Counted from the first letter of the stretch, positions 8,265 to 17,993 are shown. The stretch is 41,326 nucleotides of DNA from Bacillota bacterium (GCA_018725535.1 QLUS01000002.1:1-41326); one strand, 5' to 3'. The notes: a model not told the origin generated them from the sequence alone. Program-made: numbers and translations.

Positions 8265-9134
8265 ATGAAAGGAGCAGTTAAGTTTGTCATTATCACCGGC
8301 TTGTCGGGTGCGGGTAAGTCGCAAGCTATAAAAGTGTTTGAGGATGCCGACTATTTTTGTGTCGACAACCTTCCTCCTGCCCTTTTGCCTAAGTTTGCGG
8401 AACTGTGCGCGTCGGGCGACACGATACAGCGGGCGGCGCTGGTCATGGACATACGGGGCGGGGAGTTTTTCAAGTCGCTCTTTGACGCGCTCGCTTACCT
8501 CAGCTACCATGAGTGGCCGCATGAAGTGTTGTTTCTGGAAGCGTCGGAAGAGGTCTTGGTGCGCAGGTTTAAGGAAACGCGACGGAGGCACCCTTTAGCT
8601 GGCGCAGGCAGCATTCAGGATGGCATCAGGCGCGAAGTAGAGATGCTTGCGGAGATAAAGCGACGCGCAGACAAGATCATCAACACCACCGGCCTCACGC
8701 CAGCCCAACTTAAAGAGGAAGTGCAGGCACTTTTCCAGAAAGGCGAAGTGGGTGGTAAACTGCAGATTAGGATACTCTCATTTGGGTTTAAGAAGGGCAT
8801 CCCGCTTGACGCCGACTTTGTCTTTGACTGCCGCTTCTTGGCAAACCCCCACTACGTGCCCGAACTAAAGCCGCTCACGGGGACAGATGCCAGAGTCAGA
8901 CAGTTTGTGTTTGGCGACGAGGCTAGCTACCACTATCTCACCATGATGCAGGAGATGGTCGAGTTCGTTATTCCCCACTGCATAAGAGAAGGTAAGACTC
9001 AGTTAGTGGTCGCTATCGGTTGCACCGGGGGCAGGCACCGTTCCGTGGCTATGGCGGAGGCGCTGAAGGAGAAACTCGTCCTTGCACGCCAGCGGGTGGC
9101 GGTGGAGCACCGGCACATTAGCGAGGAGGTGTAG
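8265..9134 (+). CDS. rapZ: RNase adapter / nucleotide-binding protein RapZ (YvcJ)
   Basis: VIITGLSGAGKSQAIKVFEDADYFCVDNLPP P-loop N-terminus and C-terminal GCTGGRHRSVAMAE motif. ATG at 8265 follows AAGGGGG. Confidence 0.92.
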   Translation: MKGAVKFVIITGLSGAGKSQAIKVFEDADYFCVDNLPPALLPKFAELCASGDTIQRAALVMDIRGGEFFKSLFDALAYLSYHEWPHEVLFLEASEEVLVRRFKETRRRHPLAGAGSIQDGIRREVEMLAEIKRRADKIINTTGLTPAQLKEEVQALFQKGEVGGKLQIRILSFGFKKGIPLDADFVFDCRFLANPHYVPELKPLTGTDARVRQFVFGDEASYHYLTMMQEMVEFVIPHCIREGKTQLVVAIGCTGGRHRSVAMAEALKEKLVLARQRVAVEHRHISEEV

Positions 9135-9136
9135 CC

Positions 9137-10420
9137 TTGCGCTTGCTCAAGTGGCTGTACCCGGGGCTACGGGTCAAGCGCTACCTGCTTTTGGCGACGT
9201 GCGGTGTCGGCCTGAGTATGGTGGGCTTAGGGCTGTCATGGGGGCGGCAGCTGCTAGGCTTCCTCGAAGCACAGCTATACTTATACCGAAAGGCTGCGGC
9301 AGGCACTACTGCGCTTTACGTGACCGGGGTGCTGCTTCTGGGCTTAGGCCTAGTAGTGGTCGGGATAGCGGTAAAGAGCGTGGTGCGGTCCATCCTCGAA
9401 ATTATCACTCCCGAGCAAGAGGCGGAGCTCATCGATGTGTTGTTTAGGCGGCGCCTACTTAAAAGCGGCCCACGCATAGTGGCGATTGGCGGTGGTTCCG
9501 GACTCTCGGTGCTACTTAGGGGGATAAAGCAATACACCAGTAACATCACCGCTATCGTCACTGTCTCCGACGACGGCGGCAGTTCGGGGCGCCTGCGCGG
9601 TGAGATGGGCATGCTGCCACCCGGGGATATTCGCAATTGCGTGTTAGCCTTAGCCGATACCGAACCGCTGTTAGAAAGCCTGTTTCAGTATCGCTTTAAG
9701 GACGGGGCGCTCGGGGGGCATAGCTTTGGCAACTTGCTCATTGCCGCCATGACCGGAGTTACGGGGGACTTTCAGCTAGCTATTAAGGAGTTCAGCAAGG
9801 TATTGGCGGTCAGGGGACGGGTACTGCCCGTAACTACTGCTGACGTGCGCCTTAGGGCCGAACTAGAAGACGGCACGGTAGTAGAAGGCGAGACGAACGT
9901 CACTTTGTGCGGCGGGAGAGTGCGAAGCCTAGCGCTTATCCCTAGCGATGCGGAAGCGCTGCCGGAGGTGCTTAGGGCTATTGCCGAAGCTGACGCTATC
10001 GTCCTTGGCCCCGGTAGCTTGTACACATCAGTTGTCCCCAATCTGTTGGTGCGCGGCGTGGGCGAAGCCCTAGCAGCAACTAATGCGCCAAAAATATACA
10101 TATGCAATGTCATGACGCAGCCGGGGGAGACGGAGGGGTTTACAGCCTCACAACACGTGTCAGCGATAGAACGCTTTTCGTCGCCGCGCCTGATTGACAG
10201 TGTAGTCGTCAATAGCGCGAGAGTGCGCCCGCACTTATTGTCCAAATATGCAGCGGCTAATTCTGTGCCGGTAATACTAGATTTTCCGCGTTTGCACCAG
10301 CTCGGCGTGCGTATAGCTACTGGTGACCTACTGTGTCAAGGAGGCGTGGTGCGACACGACCCAGACAAACTGGCGCGCCGCGTGATGCAATTGGTATCCT
10401 CTATCAAAAAGTCAAATTAA
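9137..10420 (+). CDS. yvcK: YvcK-family (CofD-like, gluconeogenesis factor) protein with N-terminal two-TM extension
   Basis: RIVAIGGGSGLSVLLRGIK and VSDDGGSSGRLRGEMGMLPPGDIRNC motifs. About 105 extra N-terminal residues carry two hydrophobic helices. The TTG start sits 2 nt after the rapZ stop. Confidence 0.88.
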   Translation: MRLLKWLYPGLRVKRYLLLATCGVGLSMVGLGLSWGRQLLGFLEAQLYLYRKAAAGTTALYVTGVLLLGLGLVVVGIAVKSVVRSILEIITPEQEAELIDVLFRRRLLKSGPRIVAIGGGSGLSVLLRGIKQYTSNITAIVTVSDDGGSSGRLRGEMGMLPPGDIRNCVLALADTEPLLESLFQYRFKDGALGGHSFGNLLIAAMTGVTGDFQLAIKEFSKVLAVRGRVLPVTTADVRLRAELEDGTVVEGETNVTLCGGRVRSLALIPSDAEALPEVLRAIAEADAIVLGPGSLYTSVVPNLLVRGVGEALAATNAPKIYICNVMTQPGETEGFTASQHVSAIERFSSPRLIDSVVVNSARVRPHLLSKYAAANSVPVILDFPRLHQLGVRIATGDLLCQGGVVRHDPDKLARRVMQLVSSIKKSN

Positions 10421-10432
10421 AGGGGGACATAT

Positions 10433-11815
10433 ATGCCAAGACCAATCCCTACCGCAGAGCCTTTCCGTATCAAGGTCGTGGAGCCGATTAAGATGACCAC
10501 ACGCGAGGAGCGCGCCCAAAAAATCACCACTGCGGGGTTTAACCTCTTTGGACTCAAGTCTACGGAGGTATACATTGACCTACTCACGGACAGCGGAACA
10601 TCAGCCATGAGCGACAACCAATGGGCGGGCATGATGCTCGGCGACGAGGCTTATGCCGGCAGCAAGAACTACTTTAACCTCGAGCGGGCTGTGCAAGAGA
10701 TAACCGGGTTCAGGTATGTGCTGCCTACGCACCAAGGACGCGCGGCCGAGAACCTCTTGCTTTATGTCATGTTAAAGCAAGGGCAATTCGTCCCCAATAA
10801 CATGCACTTTGACACCACTAAAGCGCATGTTCTCCATAAGGGGGGCGTGCCCGTAGACTTTGTGGTGTCCGAGGCCTATGACCCCACCTCGCAGTGCCCC
10901 TTTAAGGGCGACATGGATGTAGTTAAGCTTGACGCCTTTCTGGCGGAGAACGCTGCGGATGTGCCATTAGTTATGCTCACCGTCACGTGCAACAGCGGCG
11001 GGGGACAACCCGTATCCCTAAAGAACATTCGCGCCGTCAGTGAAGTAGCCCAAAAATACGGCAAGCCCTTCTTTATTGACGCTTGCCGTTTCGCTGAAAA
11101 CGCATTCTTTATTAAACAGCGCGAGCCTGGTTACCAAACCAAGACGATTGCCGAAATCGTGGGCGAGATGTTCTCCTATGCTGATGGCTGCACGATGAGC
11201 TCCAAGAAAGACGCGCTCGTAAACATTGGCGGCTTTCTGGCCGTTAATGACCACGCGCTGTATCAGGCGGCGAGTGGGCTCGCAGTGCTGTTTGAGGGCT
11301 TCCCGACTTACGGCGGCCTAGCCGGACGCGATATGGAAGCTATGGCGCGGGGGCTTTACGAAGTTATAGAGGAGGACTATCTAGCTTATCGTATAGGCCA
11401 AGTCAAGTACCTCGGGGATCGACTGCTCGAGTTCGGCGTCCCCATTATTGAGCCTGTCGGTGGGCATGCCGTGTACCTTGATGCCAAACGATTTCTGCCG
11501 CATATCCCACAGCACCAGTTCCCAGCCCAAGCGCTTGGGGTGGAGCTCTACATCGAAGGCGGCGTGCGCGGGGTGGAGATTGGCACTAACCTTGCCGGAC
11601 GTAACTCTAAAACAGGTGAGCATGACTTCCCTAAGCTCGAAATGCTACGCCTAACCATTCCTCGCCGCGTCTATACTAACAGGCATATGGACGTAATCGC
11701 GGTTGCCTGCGCTAACGTTTATGAACGACGCGCCGAAATCACCGGCCTGCGGTACACCTATGAGGCTCCAATCCTTAGGCACTTTACAGCCCGGTTCGAA
11801 AAAATCGAGTCTTAG
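10433..11815 (+). CDS. tnaA: Tryptophanase (tryptophan indole-lyase), beta-eliminating PLP lyase family
   Basis: 460 aa, collinear with remembered E. coli TnaA and C. freundii TPL sequences (AEPFRIKVVEP, IDLLTDSGT, PTHQGR, SKKDALVNIGG, LRLTIPRRVYT). The specificity positions are Trpase-like: HFDTT (Asp ~127, where TPL has Thr124) and LRHF (His ~450, where TPL has Phe448). Confidence 0.8.
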   Translation: MPRPIPTAEPFRIKVVEPIKMTTREERAQKITTAGFNLFGLKSTEVYIDLLTDSGTSAMSDNQWAGMMLGDEAYAGSKNYFNLERAVQEITGFRYVLPTHQGRAAENLLLYVMLKQGQFVPNNMHFDTTKAHVLHKGGVPVDFVVSEAYDPTSQCPFKGDMDVVKLDAFLAENAADVPLVMLTVTCNSGGGQPVSLKNIRAVSEVAQKYGKPFFIDACRFAENAFFIKQREPGYQTKTIAEIVGEMFSYADGCTMSSKKDALVNIGGFLAVNDHALYQAASGLAVLFEGFPTYGGLAGRDMEAMARGLYEVIEEDYLAYRIGQVKYLGDRLLEFGVPIIEPVGGHAVYLDAKRFLPHIPQHQFPAQALGVELYIEGGVRGVEIGTNLAGRNSKTGEHDFPKLEMLRLTIPRRVYTNRHMDVIAVACANVYERRAEITGLRYTYEAPILRHFTARFEKIES

Positions 11816-11855
11816 ACTGAGTAGTAAATCTCAGATTTACTTGGAGGTGCCTGCG

Positions 11856-12542
11856 GTGACTATCGGTATTGTCTGCGCCATGCAAGCAGAGCTAGATGTG
11901 CTTAAAGACGCCCTCGCTCTGCGTGAACTTGGCAGTGGAAGCCCCTGGGACTTATACGCCTCGCGCGGCGAAAACACCATCGCTTTAATCTCTGGTGTCG
12001 GTAAAGTGAGTGCGGCTGCGGGCTTAAGCTATTTGCTTTCGCACTATAAAGTCACACGGCTGATTGGCATCGGGGTCGCGGGCGGCATTGCCGAGGACCT
12101 GCGCATTGGAGATATTGTTATCTGCCGCGGCGCAGTACAGCACGACTTAGACCTTACTGCCTTTGGCTATGAACTTGGCATGGTGCCTGGTTTGCGCATT
12201 CGGGAGTTTAAGGCCGACCGCGCCTTGCTCGCTAAAGCTGTTACAGCCGCCGAGGAGATTAATCTCCCCGTGCAGATTAGGCAGGGGCTGGCTTTAACCG
12301 GCGACAAATTCGTGGCGCACGATGAAGGAGCGCGGTTGCGTCAGGTGTATCGCGGTGACTGCGTAGATATGGAGACCGCGGCCTGGGCGCACGTGGCCCA
12401 CCTGTTTGGCGTGCCGTGGGTGGCCATCCGCAGCATTTCGGACCAAGCTGACGGCGAAGCTCCGGCGAACTTTAAGGAGTTTTTGGGGTATGCGGTGGGG
12501 AACATGAGCCAACTTGTACTCAGGCTTCTCGCTTCGATGTAA
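11856..12542 (+). CDS. mtnN: 5'-methylthioadenosine/S-adenosylhomocysteine nucleosidase
   Basis: VTIGIVCAMQAELDVL, ISGVGKVSAA, GIGVAGG, DMETAAWAHVA, IRSISDQAD motifs. GTG at 11856 is 8 nt after GGAGG. The longer ORF-track start overlaps tnaA. Confidence 0.88.
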   Translation: MTIGIVCAMQAELDVLKDALALRELGSGSPWDLYASRGENTIALISGVGKVSAAAGLSYLLSHYKVTRLIGIGVAGGIAEDLRIGDIVICRGAVQHDLDLTAFGYELGMVPGLRIREFKADRALLAKAVTAAEEINLPVQIRQGLALTGDKFVAHDEGARLRQVYRGDCVDMETAAWAHVAHLFGVPWVAIRSISDQADGEAPANFKEFLGYAVGNMSQLVLRLLASM

Positions 12543-12631
12543 TGAAAAAAGCGCAAGCTACGCTTGTTATAGCAGGAATCGCCTTGCGCTAGCCGAAATT
12601 AACGAAGAAGTTTTTGATAGGGGGCAGGTAC

Positions 12632-14008
12632 TTGAAAGAACTTTTGCGGCAGGCGCTTTCTGCGTCTACAGCGGACTACTGCGAGATTCGCCTTGAGGAG
12701 ACCCACGTCACATCTATAGAGTACCGTGGCAAAAATCTAGATCAACTCGCACAGCGGCTACAATTTGGCGGCAACGTCAGGGCGCTGGTGGATGGCGGTT
12801 GGGGGTTTGTTTCCTTTAACCGCATCGACGATTTGACTGAAAAAGTCAGTCAGGCGTGCGAGCAAGCGCGCGCTCTCGGGGCGATTAAGCAAGGCCAGAG
12901 TCAGATGGCGGAAGTGCCTGTGGTTGACACCGAAGTTAAGACACCTGTGAAACTAGACCCGCGCGCCGTTACTCTGGAGGAAAAGGTCAATGTGTTCGCG
13001 CGCTACAACGAGTTAATCCTCGGTTTTCATCCTTCTATCACCGGCTCGGTCATCCGCTATTTTGACCGGTACATTAACCTGTATTACGTCAATACAGATG
13101 GCTCCTACGTAGCACAAGAGAAATATGACATCGGGTGCAGCCTGCGTGCTGTGGCCACACGCGACAATGTTACAGTAACGGAAGGCGTCAGCACAGGGAG
13201 TAATAATGACTTTGGATGCGTACTGAACCTAGAGAACGACTTGAAGAAGGCTTGCCAACTGACAGTTGACCTGCTCGATGCCCCGACCGTGAAAGGGGGC
13301 GAGTACACCGTCATTCTTGACCCCAAGCTGGCCGGGCTGTTTGTACACGAGGCTTTCGGTCACCTGAGCGAGGCCGACGATATCAGCGAGAATGAAGCTT
13401 TGCGCGAGATTATGACGCTCGGCAAAAAGTTCGGGCGCGACATTCTCCACATCTACGACACAGGTATGGACTCCGGCAATCGCGGTGCGCTACTTTACGA
13501 CGACGAAGGCGTAGCGACCGAGAAGACCTATTTGATTAAGGACGGGGTGCTTGTCGGCAGGCTGCACTCGCGCGAAAGCGCCGCCAAAATGGGCGAAGCC
13601 ACGACAGGCTCCGCGCGGGCTATGTCTTATACTTTCCCGCCTATTGTGCGCATGCGCACTACCTGTATTGAGGCCGGCACAAGCTCGTTTCAGGATATGA
13701 TCAAGGACATCGGACTGGGTGTGTACGCTCTAGGCGGATACGGCGGGCAGACCAATGGCGAAATGTTTACCTTTACTGCGGGTCACGGGTATATGATTCG
13801 CGAAGGGAAAATAGCGGAGCTAGTTAAAGATGTAACCCTAAGCGGCAACGTCTTTACCACGCTTGCTAACATCGATATGGTGGGCAACGACTTTACCTAC
13901 GACAACACCGCGGGCGGATGCGGCAAATGGGCACAGTCGCCGCTGCCCACGAGCGAAGGGTCGCCTCACATTCGCGTACAGAAGGTCGTTATAGGGGGTG
14001 CAAGCTAA
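12632..14008 (+). CDS. tldD: TldD-family metalloprotease subunit
   Basis: HEAFGHLSEAD (HExxxH-type TldD zinc motif) and a GGCGK-type C-terminus. The TTG at 12632 is 7 nt after GGGGG (alternative TTG at 12614). Confidence 0.85.
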   Translation: MKELLRQALSASTADYCEIRLEETHVTSIEYRGKNLDQLAQRLQFGGNVRALVDGGWGFVSFNRIDDLTEKVSQACEQARALGAIKQGQSQMAEVPVVDTEVKTPVKLDPRAVTLEEKVNVFARYNELILGFHPSITGSVIRYFDRYINLYYVNTDGSYVAQEKYDIGCSLRAVATRDNVTVTEGVSTGSNNDFGCVLNLENDLKKACQLTVDLLDAPTVKGGEYTVILDPKLAGLFVHEAFGHLSEADDISENEALREIMTLGKKFGRDILHIYDTGMDSGNRGALLYDDEGVATEKTYLIKDGVLVGRLHSRESAAKMGEATTGSARAMSYTFPPIVRMRTTCIEAGTSSFQDMIKDIGLGVYALGGYGGQTNGEMFTFTAGHGYMIREGKIAELVKDVTLSGNVFTTLANIDMVGNDFTYDNTAGGCGKWAQSPLPTSEGSPHIRVQKVVIGGAS

Positions 14009-15294
14009 TGGAAGCGTTACTGCATAAAGCCCTTATGCTAGCTGATCAGGCGGATGTTTACGCCAAACAGGCGGTACAACACGCTGTTTCATTTCAGGCC
14101 AGCAAGCTTAAAGACATCACCCACACCGAAGAAGAAGGGTGGACGCTGAGGCTAATCAAGGATGGTCGACTTGGCTCGGCTACGACTACCAAGCCGGGCA
14201 GCTTTGATGTCTTACTCTCCTATGCGTCAAACACAGCCAAACACGGCAGCCCCGTAGGCTATACCTTGCCGGGAGCAAGCGAGCTAACCTCGCCGCGCAC
14301 CTTCGACCCGCGCGTCAAAGAAGTGACGCAAAAAGAGATGCTTGATTTGGCGGCGGATATGGTGAGCGCGCTAAACGCCTATGATCCAAAGATCAAGGCC
14401 TTTGCGGGGGTCGGCAAGAACTTTGGCTCATTTAAGCTCATAAATTCCGCAGGGTTTCAGGGCAGCGGTGATGTGACTGTTTGGCACGTGTATTTGGGCG
14501 GCGAGCTCGTTAACGAGGACGGTTTTCTCCAGGTCTACGACTTCATCGCTCAGTCCGATTATTCGTCGTGCACGGATAGTATAAAGGCCAAAGTAATCGA
14601 GTCCTTCCGCCTAGCAAAAGAGAATGCCAGCATAAAACCGGGGCAATATCCGGTCATCTTTGCCCCGGGTGAAGTCAGTTGCTTGGTCGACCCGCTCTTA
14701 GCTTGCCTTAACGGCATGGGTATCTCGCGCGGCTTCTCGCCCTTTAAGGGACGCATCGGCGAGCTAGCTTTTGACCCGCGCTTTAGCCTCATTGACGATG
14801 CCTTAGCCGACGGGGCTGTTGGCAGCAAGGGCTTTGACCGCGAGGGTATGCCCACATCGCGCCGCGCCCTAATTGACCAAGGAAGAATCGGGGGTTACTT
14901 ACTCGACCTACAGACCGCGCACCTCTTGAACATGACCCCGACCGGTAACGGCGGCGGAGCAGGCCCCGTGTCTAACAACACCGTAGTTCCCGGCGGCGAC
15001 AAATCCTTTAGCGAAATGCTCGCTGGTATCGACGAAGGCGTGCTTATCGACGGCACCATGGGTGCCTGGGCGGGGAACCCCTATGGCGGGCAGGTGAGCG
15101 GTAATATTTCACTCGGGTATAAAATCGAGAAAGGCCAAGTCGTTGGGCGCATCAAGGACTGCATGTTCTCCGTAAATGTCTTTACTGATCTCAGAGACAA
15201 TTTAGCAGCACTAAGCCGCGAGCAACAGTGGCGCGGCAGCACCTGCTACCCCTACCTGCAACTCGCGAACGTAAACATCTCCACCAAAGGATAA
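14008..15294 (+). CDS. pmbA: PmbA/TldE-family partner subunit of TldD
   Basis: Paralogous fold that lacks the HExxxH motif. Its ATG overlaps the tldD stop (TAATG), which indicates translational coupling. ~428 aa. Confidence 0.8.
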   Translation: MEALLHKALMLADQADVYAKQAVQHAVSFQASKLKDITHTEEEGWTLRLIKDGRLGSATTTKPGSFDVLLSYASNTAKHGSPVGYTLPGASELTSPRTFDPRVKEVTQKEMLDLAADMVSALNAYDPKIKAFAGVGKNFGSFKLINSAGFQGSGDVTVWHVYLGGELVNEDGFLQVYDFIAQSDYSSCTDSIKAKVIESFRLAKENASIKPGQYPVIFAPGEVSCLVDPLLACLNGMGISRGFSPFKGRIGELAFDPRFSLIDDALADGAVGSKGFDREGMPTSRRALIDQGRIGGYLLDLQTAHLLNMTPTGNGGGAGPVSNNTVVPGGDKSFSEMLAGIDEGVLIDGTMGAWAGNPYGGQVSGNISLGYKIEKGQVVGRIKDCMFSVNVFTDLRDNLAALSREQQWRGSTCYPYLQLANVNISTKG

Positions 15295-15365
15295 CATGCG
15301 ATAGCATGGGGACGGTCCTTGCCTACTCTGAAACAGTGGGGACGTGAAATTTTGTTTTGCTCTGC

Positions 15366-16523
15366 CTAGTAGCGCGTCAGCACTCTCGCTAACAACGTGC
15401 GCTTAATCTCCACCGCATGCTCGGGGCAAAGTTCTTGGCAGCAGAAGCAGCGGATGCACAGCGCGGAGTTTAGCGCGGGTACATCATTTTTGCGTGCTGT
15501 GAGGGCCTTAGGTGGGCAACTGCGCACGCAGATGCCGCATGAGGTACACTTTGCCTTTACAAAGCGCAGTTGAGGACGCAAATTGCGAGCGAGAGCTTTT
15601 GCGACTTGTCTAGGCAGTATTTTTTCAAAGAGGTTGGTGTTTCTAGCGGTTAGGGGGAGCGAAACGTTGTGAGGGGAGAGCGGTGCCCCTACGACAGATA
15701 CATCCTCGCTCCTAAGTGGCGCGAGTGGGGGATTGGTCGCCTGCGCTACCGCAAGCGTTGGCACCTGCTCTGGCCGCAGCCCCAAGATCGTTGCCGCCAC
15801 CATGTCCACCGTGTGCATGTTTTTCCCCGCCAAAACATAACCCATAAACTTAGGTTTGCCGCCGCTCGGTCCTTCGCCCTCCATGATCTCAACAGCGTCC
15901 ACAATCGTAAGCTCCGGCTGTGCTAGTTCGGCAATGCCCACTAGTGCCGCGCAAAAATCGCGAACTTCGGGCATACGCATATGGTATTCAATCTTGGTCA
16001 AACCGGGGATCATGCCAAACATGTTTTTTACGGCGCACGTTATTACGGTGAGGCCATGCGTTTTGAGCTTAGGTAGGTTAATCAAGACATCTGCCGCTAT
16101 CGCCGGAGCCAAGAGCTCAGCTGAGTTGTGGGGAGTACCCAGCACGCCGTTCACTCTCTGCACACGGGTGTCAAAGTTGAGTAGTGCGCCGGTCTCCCGT
16201 GCCACCGCCGCGAAACCGCATCTTTCATAGGCTAACTTCAGCATGGCGGGGGTATATGGCCCCCCGGGGCTGTCGATAATCAGTGGTATGCCGCCGCAAG
16301 CGAGCACAGCCTTGCACACAGCACGCACAAGCTCCGGATGGGTAGTAATGGCTCGCTCCGGCGCTTTACCCATGAGCATATTGACTTTAAGCGCTACCCT
16401 GAATCCCGGTCTAATCAACTGCTGAAGTCCTTCTGGGTAAACTAGCTGTAAAGCCCTCTCTAAGGCGCGCTGAACTTCCTCGGGCGTATAACTGGGCGCA
16501 TTTGTTACAGCCACACGACTCAC
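15366..16523 (-). CDS. DUF362-domain protein with C-terminal 2x[4Fe-4S] ferredoxin motif
   Basis: N-terminal RVALKVNMLMGK...THPELVRAV...IIDSPG resembles DUF362 (recalled). C-terminal CTSCGICVRSCP and CIRCFCCQELCP are clear CxxCxxCxxxCP clusters. GTG start after AGGAGAG. Confidence 0.65.
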   Translation of the reverse strand: MSRVAVTNAPSYTPEEVQRALERALQLVYPEGLQQLIRPGFRVALKVNMLMGKAPERAITTHPELVRAVCKAVLACGGIPLIIDSPGGPYTPAMLKLAYERCGFAAVARETGALLNFDTRVQRVNGVLGTPHNSAELLAPAIAADVLINLPKLKTHGLTVITCAVKNMFGMIPGLTKIEYHMRMPEVRDFCAALVGIAELAQPELTIVDAVEIMEGEGPSGGKPKFMGYVLAGKNMHTVDMVAATILGLRPEQVPTLAVAQATNPPLAPLRSEDVSVVGAPLSPHNVSLPLTARNTNLFEKILPRQVAKALARNLRPQLRFVKAKCTSCGICVRSCPPKALTARKNDVPALNSALCIRCFCCQELCPEHAVEIKRTLLARVLTRY

Positions 16524-16604
16524 GCCTGCACTCTCCTCTGAACTATCTCATTTCTATGGACAAGCGGGAACGGTTTATGTACCATAATCGCAATAGCGGA
16601 AAGG

Positions 16605-17939
16605 GTGAAGGGTGTGGCCAGTAGTTTTGACGTGCTGCAGAGAGTAAAAGAGGACAATATCAGGTTTGTGAGATTGCAGTTCACAGACATCTTAGGCGTC
16701 AACAAGAATGTCGCTATTTCGGCCGACGAAATCGAACAAGCTCTCGAGGGGCAGCTAATGTTTGACGGCTCCTCCATTGAGGGGTTTGCCCGCATTGAGG
16801 AATCAGACATGCTGCTTAAGGCCGACCCAGACACCTATGCGGTCTTCCCATGGACGAAAGACAAAGCCCCCACGGCGCGCCTGATTTGCGACATTCTTAA
16901 CACCGACGGCACACCCTTTAGCGGTTGCCCGCGCGGCACGCTGAAGCGCGCTGTGGCAGAGGCCGAGGCGCTTGGCTATACCATGCAGGTGGGACCTGAG
17001 GCCGAGTTCTTTCTCTTTAAGCGTGATGCCGAAGGGCGACCAACCACCATCACCAACGACCGCGGCGGCTACTTTGATCTTTCGCCGATTGACCGCGGCG
17101 AAGACGCCCGCAGGGACATTGTCCTAACGCTTGAAGAGATGAGCTTTCACGTGGAGGCCTCGCACCATGAGTGCGCACCAGGTCAACATGAAATCGATTT
17201 TAGGTATGCGCCGGCAGTTACTACCGCAGATAATGTTACCACATTTAAGCTCGTGGTGCGCACTATCGCCATGCAGCACAATCTACACGCCACCTTTATG
17301 CCTAAACCCCTCTTTGGTGAAGCTGGCTCGGGTATGCACATTAACCAGTCTCTGTTTATGAACGGCACTAACGCTTTCTACGACCCAACTGCCCCGCGCC
17401 AGTTAAGCAGCGTGGCCATGCAGTATTTGGCCGGTCTCATTAAGTATGTGCGGGAGTACACGGCCATTACTAATCCTCTCGTCAACTCCTATAAGCGCCT
17501 AGTGCCGGGATACGAAGCGCCGGTCTACATCGCTTGGTCGGAACGCAACCGCAGCCCACTTATCCGCGTTCCTGCCAGACGGGGCAATGCCACGCGGCTT
17601 GAATTGCGCAGCCCCGACCCAAGCTGCAATCCCTACCTAGCGTTTGCTGTGGCTCTGCGCGCCGGACTGCAAGGGATTAAGGACGGGTTAGTACCGCCCG
17701 CCCCAGTAGAGCGCAATATCTACGATATGTGTGAGGGTGATCGCCGCAGTGCCGGTGTAGAGGGCTTGCCTAGTAGCCTGCCGGAGGCCCTGCAGTACTT
17801 TAGCCAGAGCCAGCTGATGCGAGACACGCTTGGGGAGCACATCGTCGAGCGTTATCTCGCCGCCAAAAAGGAAGAACAGCACCTCTACGAAAAGACAGTG
17901 CACCCTTGGGAGCTAGAAAGATACCTGTCAATTTTCTAG
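16605..17939 (+). CDS. glnA: Glutamine synthetase, type I
   Basis: 444 aa with IRFVRLQFTDILG, EAEFFLF and the ATP-site signature KPLFGEAGSGMHINQS. GTG at 16605 (alternative GTG at 16614). Confidence 0.92.
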   Translation: MKGVASSFDVLQRVKEDNIRFVRLQFTDILGVNKNVAISADEIEQALEGQLMFDGSSIEGFARIEESDMLLKADPDTYAVFPWTKDKAPTARLICDILNTDGTPFSGCPRGTLKRAVAEAEALGYTMQVGPEAEFFLFKRDAEGRPTTITNDRGGYFDLSPIDRGEDARRDIVLTLEEMSFHVEASHHECAPGQHEIDFRYAPAVTTADNVTTFKLVVRTIAMQHNLHATFMPKPLFGEAGSGMHINQSLFMNGTNAFYDPTAPRQLSSVAMQYLAGLIKYVREYTAITNPLVNSYKRLVPGYEAPVYIAWSERNRSPLIRVPARRGNATRLELRSPDPSCNPYLAFAVALRAGLQGIKDGLVPPAPVERNIYDMCEGDRRSAGVEGLPSSLPEALQYFSQSQLMRDTLGEHIVERYLAAKKEEQHLYEKTVHPWELERYLSIF

Positions 17940-17993
17940 CTGGAGGAGTTTTACTGTGTGCGACGAAATAGTCTTAGGACAGGAGGTATGTGA

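Noticed and set aside
10421-10432. TnaC-like leader peptide or attenuator upstream of tnaA
   Set aside because: The gap is only 12 nt and consists of the SD, so there is no room for a leader ORF.
11793-11800. GGTTCGAA, a tRNA T-arm-like motif
   Set aside because: It lies inside the tnaA coding frame (ARFEKIE), and no cloverleaf can be drawn around it.
12550-12590. Inverted repeat AGCGCAAG...CTTGCGCT after mtnN as an intrinsic terminator or riboswitch
   Set aside because: The loop is 25 nt and no U-tract follows on the plus strand. The inner 5-bp hairpin has its T-run on the wrong strand. It is too weak to call.
13918-14007. Upstream start for pmbA as given in the ORF track
   Set aside because: It would overlap 90 nt of tldD in another frame. 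The TAATG stop-start junction at 14006-14010 is the classic coupled arrangement.
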